IMG/VR virus record: IMGVR_UViG_3300045978_000284
Coordinates: 1-64,000 of that record
Direction: 5' to 3' (one strand)
Length of the DNA: 64,000 bases
Source: a virus
Part shown: piece after piece, positions 39,455-47,735 of the stretch
Layout: each line of letters starts with the position of its first letter
Numbering within the stretch: the stretch's first letter is position 1
The notes under the pieces: generated by a model
What the model was told of the DNA's origin: nothing
Database searches by the model: none
What the model saw: only the letters and a program-made list of their open reading frames with translations
Made by a program: the position numbers and the translations under genes

Positions 39455-42400
39455 GCGCGAAGTGGGACGTGGTTCTGGCCGAGCGCCTGCTGGCGGACAA
39501 AGAGCGCTCGGGCATCGAGGCGTTCATGCGCGGCACCGGGCGAAAGCGCGGCGGCGGCGAACAGGGTGGCGGCGGTGGTGACGAGGACGACGGAGACTGC
39601 AAGTGGGTCACCATCCGCGGTAACCCCGTCTGCCTGACGCCGGGTCATGGTGGCCACCGGAAGGGCGAGTCCATCGCGAAGTCCCAGGCGGCCTACTCCG
39701 ATGTACCCACGGGGAAGGGGGGCCGCGTGCGCGCGGTGTCCCGGATCTGGAACCCGACCGCCGAGAACACCTGGCGGGGCTCCGGTGCCGTGACACCGAA
39801 GTGGCCCAAGGGCGTCGAGCCCGGAAGAGTGCTCGACCGCTTCCGCTTCAACACGACGTCGATGTCCGCTTCCGGCCACATCGAGGAGGACGAGAACCAA
39901 CGCAAGCGGGCCGTCATCCACGAGGTGGTCAACGACACGCCGAGCCTCCTGACGTCGCAGGAGCGGCGAAACCAGCCGACCGGATCCTACCCGTCGCGCG
40001 CCGGCGAATCCCGCACCCTGCTCCGCGAGCTGATGGTCAGCCTGCGCGACAAGGGGGTGCGGGAGGCCATCCTGCCCCCCAGGGTGGTCGGGGCGGGCGC
40101 CGAGCCGTGGATGGCGTACCAGTCCACGCGCGGGGACAAGCCGTACCCGCGGAGCTGGCCCGGAATGAGCGTGCAGTTCGGCCGCGCCGAGCCCAGGCCA
40201 GGAGTCGTGGCGGGTCCAGGCCTCGGCGATGCGACGGCGCGCCCGGTTCCGCCCCATCGCATCCTCGATCGCCTCAAGGCCAAGCCGGTCACGGACGCGG
40301 GCGGCAAGATCACGGGCTACCGGGTGAACGTCGAGGAGATGCAGTACCTCTGCGAGATGGCATGGCCCGAGGATCGCGTCCTGGCGGATCCGGAGCGGCG
40401 GCGCGTGGTGGCCGCCTTCGACTTCGACGGCACGCTGGCCCAGTACCAGGGGTGGGGCGACGGGACACCGGGCGATCCGATCCCGGGCATGCGCGAGGTC
40501 ATCGACCAGCTGCAGGCCGCCGGCGCCGAGGTCCTGATCTTCTCGACGCGGGATGCCGACCAGATCCGGGCCTGGCTCACGAAGCACGAGTGGCCGGCCC
40601 TGGAGGTGACGAACAAGAAGCACCCGCGGATCACGGTGTACATCGACGACCGGGCCCTCGAGTACGAGCCCGAGACGCTCGACACCCTGGCCGTCCGGGT
40701 CATGAACTTCCGCCCGTGGTGGCAGACGGTCGACCACCAGCTGGCGGACGAGGACGACGACTGCACCTGGATCACGATCGACGGCCGCCACATCTGCATC
40801 CAGCCCAAGCACGCCTGGCATGACCGGACGCCGCGCGTGAAAGTCAGCCGCGCGCCGCACTGGCGACGTGAGCCGATCGAGGGCAAGCGCATCAGCTGGT
40901 CCCAGCAGGGGAAGATGGGGGAGCGCCTGGCGATCGCGCATCTCAAGCGCCTTGGGTTCCGGGACGCGCGGCCGGCCACGAAGATCTCGAACTTTCCCGT
41001 CGACCTGGTGCACGGGGACACCCTGGTCGAGGTCAAGACGGGGCTCGCCAGCAACACGCAGAAGAGCCAGCACTGGCGGACCACGATCGGCGAGCCCGGC
41101 AAGGCGGAGCGGCGCTGGCTGCGCGAGCTGGACCGGGACAAGAAGCTCCGGTGGAACGCCGAGAAGATGCGCCAGATCCATCTCCGCAAGCAGGCGGTCG
41201 TGAAGGCGCTCTCGCGCGAGCTGGGCCGTCCGATCAAGACGGAGACCGTCGCGCTCATCCTCGACCCGGGCCGGCGCAAGGCCGACGTGTACCGCTTCGA
41301 GGGCTTCCCCAGGCGCGTGGGATGGCGCTCGCCCACGGCCCAGCAGGGCTACGTGACCACCTACGACTACAAGCTGAGCGAGGACCTGTGGGACGTACCG
41401 GCCCCGCCGCTGCGGCCGGACGTCTACGAACTCGCCGAGCCCGAGGCGGAGCCCGCTGATCCGGAGACGGTCGATGACGAGGCCGACGACGACGCGGACT
41501 GGCCGTCCTGGGTGCCGCTGGGCGTGCGCGCCGAGGTCGAGGGTGCGCTGTCGCGCTGGAGCCGCGACGTCGAGAAGGCGATCGCGAAGGAGGACAGCCG
41601 GTCGCTCGCCGAGGAGGACGACGACGAGTGCATCTGGCGCATGATCGGGGGCCACCCGGTCTGCATCCGCGCGAGCCACGCGGAGCACGGCCGCGGCGAG
41701 CGACCGGACCGTGGGGCCCCCCGGGAGACCCGGCGGTTCCGCTCCGAGACCACCCCACGCGCCCCGAAGCCCCCGGCGAAGGGCATCAACCCGGAGCCCT
41801 TGACCACCCGGGTGGCGAGCCCTCGGCTCTTCAGCCCGGTTGCCCGGGCGGTGCCGCTGGGCCATCGCTACGGGGAAAAGCCGTCCGGCGACCCGGAGGG
41901 CCACCTGAACTCGGTGTTCCGCGTGACGCTGGAGAACGGCAACGACGCGGTGTGGAAACCGGCCGCCGGCGAGCACAGCGCGTTCTCCGGCGCCGATCCC
42001 GCCAAGCTGAAAGGATTCACGCAGGACCTCCGGGCGTTCGGCCAGCCAGGCACCTACTGGAAGCGCGAGGTGGCGGCCTCCCGGATCGCCCGGGCGGTGG
42101 GCATGGAGGACCTGGTGCCGTCCACCGACCCGGCCTCGTTCGGCACCGAGCACGGGGCGCTTCAGACGTTCCAGCGCGGGGTGAGCCCCATGACCCTCGG
42201 GCGCGATCTCTACGGCAAGCGGCTCGAGGACGTCGAGCGCGCGGTGCTGTACGACGCGGTCATCGGGAACTTCGACCGCCACTTCGGCAACTGGCTGGTG
42301 GCCCCCACCGGCAAGCTGATCCTGATCGACCATGGCCACGCCTTCCCGCGCACCCAGGTCGTGAAGCACCCGGGGGACCTCCGGGAAGGTCTCCGGGCAG

Positions 42401-42594
42401 GCGGCGAAATGAACCGCGAGATCCCGGAGGCCGTGAAGGAGCCCTGGAAGAAGATCGAGAGCCAGCTCCCGACGCTCCTGCGGGGTCTTTCGTCGGCCAC
42501 CATCAAGACGACGCGGCAGCGGCTCGGCCTCGCCCTCAAGCCAGGCCAGACGTGGATCGGCCTGCGGCGCGACCTGGAGCGGCCGTTCAAGTAG
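39451..42594 (+). CDS. Multi-domain polyprotein: GNAT-like domain + HAD phosphatase + PD-(D/E)XK nuclease + PI3/PI4-kinase/HipA-like kinase, with three C-W-I-G-C tags
   Basis: GTG start overlapping the upstream TGA; DFDGTL..FSTR..YIDDRA; GERLA..PVDL..VEVKTG; AVWKP..REVAA..DRHFGNWL..IDHGHAFP. Confidence 0.85.
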   Translation: MSAKWDVVLAERLLADKERSGIEAFMRGTGRKRGGGEQGGGGGDEDDGDCKWVTIRGNPVCLTPGHGGHRKGESIAKSQAAYSDVPTGKGGRVRAVSRIWNPTAENTWRGSGAVTPKWPKGVEPGRVLDRFRFNTTSMSASGHIEEDENQRKRAVIHEVVNDTPSLLTSQERRNQPTGSYPSRAGESRTLLRELMVSLRDKGVREAILPPRVVGAGAEPWMAYQSTRGDKPYPRSWPGMSVQFGRAEPRPGVVAGPGLGDATARPVPPHRILDRLKAKPVTDAGGKITGYRVNVEEMQYLCEMAWPEDRVLADPERRRVVAAFDFDGTLAQYQGWGDGTPGDPIPGMREVIDQLQAAGAEVLIFSTRDADQIRAWLTKHEWPALEVTNKKHPRITVYIDDRALEYEPETLDTLAVRVMNFRPWWQTVDHQLADEDDDCTWITIDGRHICIQPKHAWHDRTPRVKVSRAPHWRREPIEGKRISWSQQGKMGERLAIAHLKRLGFRDARPATKISNFPVDLVHGDTLVEVKTGLASNTQKSQHWRTTIGEPGKAERRWLRELDRDKKLRWNAEKMRQIHLRKQAVVKALSRELGRPIKTETVALILDPGRRKADVYRFEGFPRRVGWRSPTAQQGYVTTYDYKLSEDLWDVPAPPLRPDVYELAEPEAEPADPETVDDEADDDADWPSWVPLGVRAEVEGALSRWSRDVEKAIAKEDSRSLAEEDDDECIWRMIGGHPVCIRASHAEHGRGERPDRGAPRETRRFRSETTPRAPKPPAKGINPEPLTTRVASPRLFSPVARAVPLGHRYGEKPSGDPEGHLNSVFRVTLENGNDAVWKPAAGEHSAFSGADPAKLKGFTQDLRAFGQPGTYWKREVAASRIARAVGMEDLVPSTDPASFGTEHGALQTFQRGVSPMTLGRDLYGKRLEDVERAVLYDAVIGNFDRHFGNWLVAPTGKLILIDHGHAFPRTQVVKHPGDLREGLRAGGEMNREIPEAVKEPWKKIESQLPTLLRGLSSATIKTTRQRLGLALKPGQTWIGLRRDLERPFK

Positions 42595-42876
42595 CGCGTC
42601 ACGCGCCCGTCACGGTTCCGGGCTCACTAAGCGATGGGCGGGTAAGGCCGCTGAGCGAGACACCTGCGGACGCGGGCCGGGACGCGCCCACCCCGGCGAT
42701 TCACGCGCAGGACCGCGGCGCCCCGAGGACGGCGCTGGTGGTGTGGTCATGAGCGGCGAGCGCGTGCGGTACGGTCTCGCAGGAGGGAAGTTGACGTCAC
42801 GCTAGCCCGCATGCGATAAGGTCAATCAACGCGCTCCCGGCTGTGACCGGGGGCGGCATGGCTGACCCGCAAAGGG

Positions 42877-42909
42877 AGGCCCGACGCGTCGTCGTCGGGC
42901 CTTTCTCTT
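42877..42909 (+). terminator. Intrinsic terminator-like hairpin
   Basis: AGGCCCGACG-CGTCGT-CGTCGGGCCT followed by TTCTCTT. Confidence 0.55.
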
Positions 42910-43065
42910 GTCTGGTCCTGACAACGATTCGCACGGCTCGACCCAGCGCCCGGAGTCATGACCCGGGCGCCGGCGAAATGCCGGGACACCGAGGGGCGGT
43001 TTCTGGTGCACCAGCCAGGAACCGCCCTTCTGTGTTCTGGGGCCGGGGTCAGAGGGAGAGCAGGC

Positions 43066-43746
43066 ATGATCAAGCCGTTCAAGGGACTGGCGCTCTTCGG
43101 TCGCATCCGGACTCGCCGCGGCGAGGTCGCAACGTTCCCGGGCGCGCGCGCCTTCAACATTCTTCGGGTCACGGGCGTCGTGGCGGATCCGGAGACGATC
43201 ACCATCGGCGCCGATGTGTACGAGATCGACCTGGCGGCCGACGGCGTGACGGCCGGACGCATTCAGGTGGTTCCGGCCACGAACTCGGCGGACAACTTCC
43301 TCACGGCGTTCGCGGCCAAGGTCAACCAGAGCGGCCAGGGGATCGCCGGCGCCGGTGTCGAGGCGGTGCGCGCGCTCAAGATCAGCGCCACGGAGGTCGC
43401 CGTCTTCACGGCGACGCCGCGGGTGTCGACCATGGCGCTCGCCGAGAGCATGACGAACGGCGCCTGGGACTCGGCGGCCCTGCGCGGCGGCCTGGCCACC
43501 TCGGAGCGCCGGATGTTCATGGACGCCCGGGTCCCGACGGCCGGCGAGGTGACGGCGGGCACGATGCACTTCGTCCTGGACTTCACGCCGCGCGCGGTGG
43601 GGATCAACGTCGTGGTCACCTCGACGGGGGTCATCAAGGCCTGGGACGGCGGCCGCGTCCTGGCGGCCGGCCTGCTCACCCTCAACAACGCCGGATCCGT
43701 GGACTGGGCCGCCACCGACACGGTCCACGTCCTGGCCATGGAGTAG
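43066..43746 (+). CDS. Putative head-associated structural protein
   Basis: GGGAG RBS; ETITIGADVYE beta-rich motif typical of phage structural proteins. Confidence 0.55.
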   Translation: MIKPFKGLALFGRIRTRRGEVATFPGARAFNILRVTGVVADPETITIGADVYEIDLAADGVTAGRIQVVPATNSADNFLTAFAAKVNQSGQGIAGAGVEAVRALKISATEVAVFTATPRVSTMALAESMTNGAWDSAALRGGLATSERRMFMDARVPTAGEVTAGTMHFVLDFTPRAVGINVVVTSTGVIKAWDGGRVLAAGLLTLNNAGSVDWAATDTVHVLAME

Positions 43747-43754
43747 CCGAGGGC

Positions 43755-44036
43755 GTGAGCGTCGGAGGTCTGGATGCCGCAGAGCTGGCCCGCGAGCTGG
43801 CGCCGCTCAACCCGAGGATCTCGGTGGGCATTCGCCAGGGGGGCGCGGAGGGCAAGGGCAAGCGCATGCCATATGACAAGCTGAGCGGCCTGCCGGACCA
43901 CGTGCGCAAGCGCGGCAAGACGGCCAGCAAGCGCTGGCGGGCGATCTTCAACAGCGTGTTCGCGAAGGACGGCGAGGCGAAGGCCTTCGCGGCGGCCAAC
44001 GCCTCGCTGGATGACCCGCATTCCGGGCACACCTGA
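43755..44036 (+). CDS. ChaB-like protein
   Basis: MPYDKLSGLPDHVRK..ASKRWRAIFNS..EAKAFAAA (ChaB pattern starts at 43866). Confidence 0.7.
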   Translation: MSVGGLDAAELARELAPLNPRISVGIRQGGAEGKGKRMPYDKLSGLPDHVRKRGKTASKRWRAIFNSVFAKDGEAKAFAAANASLDDPHSGHT

Positions 44037-44042
44037 GACCGC

Positions 44043-45806
44043 ATGCTGAGCGACCGGATCGGTCGCGTGATCGAGGGGTACGAGCTCTCAACGTCGCTCT
44101 TCGGGGAGCCGAAGTCGAAGCTCCTGCTCTTCCCGCGCGGCCAGTTCGATCATCCGAAGTACGGCAAGATGACCTTCGACGACGAGTTCTTCGACGAGGT
44201 CGTCGCCAACTACAAGAACAAGGTGCTCGGCCGGACCGAGCCCTACATCGACTTCGACCACCAGAAGGGCCGCGCGGCCGCGTGGATCCGCGAGCTGTCG
44301 GTCGATCCCGATGGCCTGTGGGCCTCGCGCGTCGACTGGACGCCCGCCGGCGAGACGGCGGTGCGCTCGGGCGAGTACCGCTACGTGTCGCCCTGGTGGG
44401 GCTCCGTGTCCGACGCGGCGAACGGCGAGACCTACGATCGCGTGCTGCGCGGGGCCGGGCTCACGAACGTCCCCTATCTGAAGCAGCTTCCGCCGGTGGC
44501 CCAGGACGCGGTCCTTGAGGAGAGCGAGCCGCTGGTCGAGCTGATGCTCAGCGAGTTCCTGCTCGCGGGCAACCCGTACCGGGCGGCCGATGGGACGTTC
44601 ACCGACGCGGCCCACGACGTCGGCGGTGGCGGTGTCGGTGGTGGTGGCGGCAAGGGCGGCGGCGCCGGGCCCGCTGCGGTCAAGGTCTCGCGCAGCGCGG
44701 CCCGGGGCGCCCAGATCGGCTGGGACCTCGGGCGCCTCTTCGGCTCCACGAAGCTCTCCGGGGCAGCGGCGACCGGCATCGGGATCGCGGCCGGTCTCGG
44801 GTCGCTGGCCGCGGCGAATCCGGATGCGGCCATGAAAGTGGCGGGCCTGGCGAAGGCCCTCGGCTCGCGTGTCATGCGTCACGGGCCGGCGATCGCTGGA
44901 ACCGTCCTGGCCGGCGCGGGCATGCTCGGGCTGTCGCGCGTCGGCCGGCCCCCCGCGCCAGGGCGACAGTCACCGGCCGAGCTTGAAGTCGGCGCGGCCA
45001 TGGCGCGGCAGGGCTTGCTCCCGCCCGCGGCTCCCGGTGGCGCTCCCGCGAAGCCAGCGCTGGGAGCTCTGGCGACCGGGAAAATCCAGAACGCCAAGGC
45101 CGTGCTGCGCGAGGTGCTCTCGCGCTATCGCTCGATGCCCCTCAAGCCGGAGGCGCCCGCCGCTCCAGCGGCGCCCGCCGAACCGCCCTACACGTCCTGG
45201 GTCGAGCGGCAGATCGCGTCGGGCGAGAAGGGCTCGCGAGGCACGCGGCGGCTGCGCAAGGGCGGCGGCGTCGGCTACCAGGGCGGCCGCAACGTGCGCC
45301 TCGACGACGTGCTCGCCACGTTCCGGGAGTTCCGCCTGGCGGATGAGGAGGACGACGCCCTGGAGGCCATCGACGTCGATGCCATCCCGGACGATCTCGC
45401 CGAGGCGATCCTGAAGATGCTGCAGGCCTACGTGGAGCGCGAAGAGAAGGCGCTCTCCGAGCGGCTGCATCGCACGCTGACCGGCCAGGCGCTCGCCGAT
45501 GGCGACCCGGAGGACGAGGACGAGGAAGAGGACGAGGACGAGGACGAGGACGAGGATCTCGAGTCCCTGCCGAACCGGGTGCGCGCAGCCTGGAACGCGA
45601 TGTACCCGATGGGCATCTCCATGAACGGCGCGCGCCATCCCTACCTCACCAAGATCTTCGAGGAGCACGTGATCGCGGAGGACGGCGAGCGGCCGAACAC
45701 GTGGTGGCAGATTCCGTGGCGAGAGGTCGGCCCACAGATCGTCTTCGACATGGCGGCCCGCATCCCGGTCCACCAGGTGTGGCTGCCTGCGGGAGCGACC
45801 GCATGA
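44043..45806 (+). CDS. Mu gpI-like prohead protease with a C-terminal NPY-tagged cargo module and acidic tail
   Basis: IDFDH..AAAWI..DGLWA..VDWTPAG..GEYRYVSP..GAGLTNVPYL. Confidence 0.88.
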   Translation: MLSDRIGRVIEGYELSTSLFGEPKSKLLLFPRGQFDHPKYGKMTFDDEFFDEVVANYKNKVLGRTEPYIDFDHQKGRAAAWIRELSVDPDGLWASRVDWTPAGETAVRSGEYRYVSPWWGSVSDAANGETYDRVLRGAGLTNVPYLKQLPPVAQDAVLEESEPLVELMLSEFLLAGNPYRAADGTFTDAAHDVGGGGVGGGGGKGGGAGPAAVKVSRSAARGAQIGWDLGRLFGSTKLSGAAATGIGIAAGLGSLAAANPDAAMKVAGLAKALGSRVMRHGPAIAGTVLAGAGMLGLSRVGRPPAPGRQSPAELEVGAAMARQGLLPPAAPGGAPAKPALGALATGKIQNAKAVLREVLSRYRSMPLKPEAPAAPAAPAEPPYTSWVERQIASGEKGSRGTRRLRKGGGVGYQGGRNVRLDDVLATFREFRLADEEDDALEAIDVDAIPDDLAEAILKMLQAYVEREEKALSERLHRTLTGQALADGDPEDEDEEEDEDEDEDEDLESLPNRVRAAWNAMYPMGISMNGARHPYLTKIFEEHVIAEDGERPNTWWQIPWREVGPQIVFDMAARIPVHQVWLPAGATA

Positions 45807-47719
45807 GCCTCCGGACGACCCTCGCCGAGCACACCCTGGCCAACCCCTACCGGGACGAGGGCGGTCGGTTCACGACAGAGTCACAAGACACGGGTGGACG
45901 CACTGGGGGCGCGGCGAAAGGCGAGGGGCGCCTCGCCAAGACCGCCAAGCGCGTCGCGAAGGCGGCGGGGGCAGCACTGGATCTCCCGGAGGCCGAAACC
46001 CGGACGATCAGCGCCGATAGAGCGGCGGTGGGGAAGGCGATCAAGAGAGGCATCGGGCACGGTGTGGTGACCGGCCTGGTGCTCGGTCGGCGCGCCGGGC
46101 TCGTAACTGGAGCTGCGGAGGCCGTGACGCAGCTCTCCAAAGCGCCGAAGCTCCGGCGCACCGTCGACCGCGCCCTCCGCACAGTCAGTCGGGGCGCCAT
46201 CAACCTGGGGCCCAAGGGTGTCGGCCAGCTGATCAATGGCCTGGTCCTCACGGGAAGCCTCGCGTACTCGGCCTACCAGATCTACAAGGGGCTGCAGTCG
46301 CTGCGGCCCCCCGGGCCGAGTCGTCAGCTGGCCGAACCCGATGTGGCCGATCGGGAGTCGTTCGAGGCTGTGCCGGAGGTGATCTGGAAGGCCCTCCTGT
46401 CGGCCCTCAAGGACTACACCAAGCATGGCGATGGCGATCGCCTGCAGCGGGACCTGGCCGCCATCGCGCCGGCCCAGTCCGAGCTATCGGAGACCCTGCA
46501 GGAGTACGCGCTGGCGAACCCGTACCGAGATCGAGAGGGCAAGTTCACCACCGAGGCCGGCGACACGGGCGGCGGCGGGCGCGGTGCAAAGACCGAGAGG
46601 CCGCGCGCGCGCAAGCGCGGCCTGGGCGGTGAATCGGTATCCGAAAGCCTGAAGGTCGGTGCCGCCACTGGCGCGACGATGGCCGTCGGCAGCGCGTTCG
46701 CCATGCCGCCGTTGCATGCGGTTGGGGCCGGCGGCCTCTCGGGGGTCGGGGCGGCGGCCTGGAATATCGGGAAGAGCCCGAAAGGCCGCGCCGCCGTCGC
46801 CAAGACCGTGCGCACGCTGAGCAACGGTGCCATCAAGATCGGCCCCAAGGCCGTGGGCCGCATCCTGAAAGGCGTTAGCGTGGCGGCCACTCTCGGGGGC
46901 AGCGCCGTGGCCATGCACGCGCTCTACAAGGCGATGGGTGGCGGAGGGGATCTCCTCGGAACCTTCCGCGACGAGCTGGCCAAGCCGGGAGGGCCCCGGG
47001 GCGGCCCGGCCCCGTTCTCCCCCTACGGTGGGAACGTGGTGAAAGAGCCCACCTATACGGGAGGAGGTCGTCCCCCCGATCCACCCGATCCGACCATTCG
47101 CCGACCGGGCGACACGGCGGCGGTCGAGTACCGGGGCAAGACGTTCTATGGGAAGACCGAGGACGACGCCATGAACAAGCTCAGGCGAGCCCAGCTCCCC
47201 GAGCAGGGCGCATTCGTCGGAGACACGTCGACCATCTTCCGCGGAACCTCCGGGAAGCCACTCGCCCCCGGCCTCGGCATCGTCGGCTACCCGAAGACCA
47301 GGGAGGAAGCCGCGGCGCGCACGCAGGCATTCCGGAGCACGGTGTATGGAGGCCAGAAGTTCACATCCAAGTCGAAGCCGATCCCGACGCTCGAGCCGCC
47401 CAAGGCGCGGTTGGGTGGCCTCCTGGGTCCGCCGCGCGTGGACACGCTCGAAGACCTGCTGAAGCGCCCCGGCTTCAAGCTGGCCGAGCCGGACGCGCCG
47501 GACGATCTGCCCGAACCGCTCCTGAAGGCCATGGTGTCGGCCCTCCAGGACTACGCGAAGCACGAGGACGCCGACCGTCTCCGGCGGGATCTCGCGGCGA
47601 TCCAGGCGCGCGTGGACGCGGCCGCGGACCAGACGGAACCCGCACTGTCAGAACCTTCCATCGGCGAGGTCCTGGGCCAGCAGGCCCGGAGAAGCCTGCT
47701 CGCCGCGATCGCCCACTGA
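45803..47719 (+). CDS. Repeat polyprotein: 2x [NPYRD tag - basic/hydrophobic Gly-Ala segment - acidic helical module]
   Basis: LANPYRDEGGRFTT (45836) and LANPYRDREGKFTT (46511); duplicated VRTLSNGAIKIGPKAVG / LRTVSRGAINLGPKGVG and AL.DY.KH.D.DRL.RDLAAI. Confidence 0.8.
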   Translation: MSLRTTLAEHTLANPYRDEGGRFTTESQDTGGRTGGAAKGEGRLAKTAKRVAKAAGAALDLPEAETRTISADRAAVGKAIKRGIGHGVVTGLVLGRRAGLVTGAAEAVTQLSKAPKLRRTVDRALRTVSRGAINLGPKGVGQLINGLVLTGSLAYSAYQIYKGLQSLRPPGPSRQLAEPDVADRESFEAVPEVIWKALLSALKDYTKHGDGDRLQRDLAAIAPAQSELSETLQEYALANPYRDREGKFTTEAGDTGGGGRGAKTERPRARKRGLGGESVSESLKVGAATGATMAVGSAFAMPPLHAVGAGGLSGVGAAAWNIGKSPKGRAAVAKTVRTLSNGAIKIGPKAVGRILKGVSVAATLGGSAVAMHALYKAMGGGGDLLGTFRDELAKPGGPRGGPAPFSPYGGNVVKEPTYTGGGRPPDPPDPTIRRPGDTAAVEYRGKTFYGKTEDDAMNKLRRAQLPEQGAFVGDTSTIFRGTSGKPLAPGLGIVGYPKTREEAAARTQAFRSTVYGGQKFTSKSKPIPTLEPPKARLGGLLGPPRVDTLEDLLKRPGFKLAEPDAPDDLPEPLLKAMVSALQDYAKHEDADRLRRDLAAIQARVDAAADQTEPALSEPSIGEVLGQQARRSLLAAIAH

Positions 47720-47735
47720 GGAGAGGAGGCCAACG

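Noticed and set aside
42860-42885. GGCTGACCCGCAAAGGGAGGCC as a possible c-di-GMP riboswitch
   Set aside because: Lacks the GGCAAACC..GAAA..GGGACGCAAAGC architecture
45510-45560. GAGGAC/GACGAC short tandem repeats (also 50506-50556) as possible CRISPR or VNTR elements
   Set aside because: They simply encode poly-Asp/Glu tracts; no repeat-spacer structure and no cas genes
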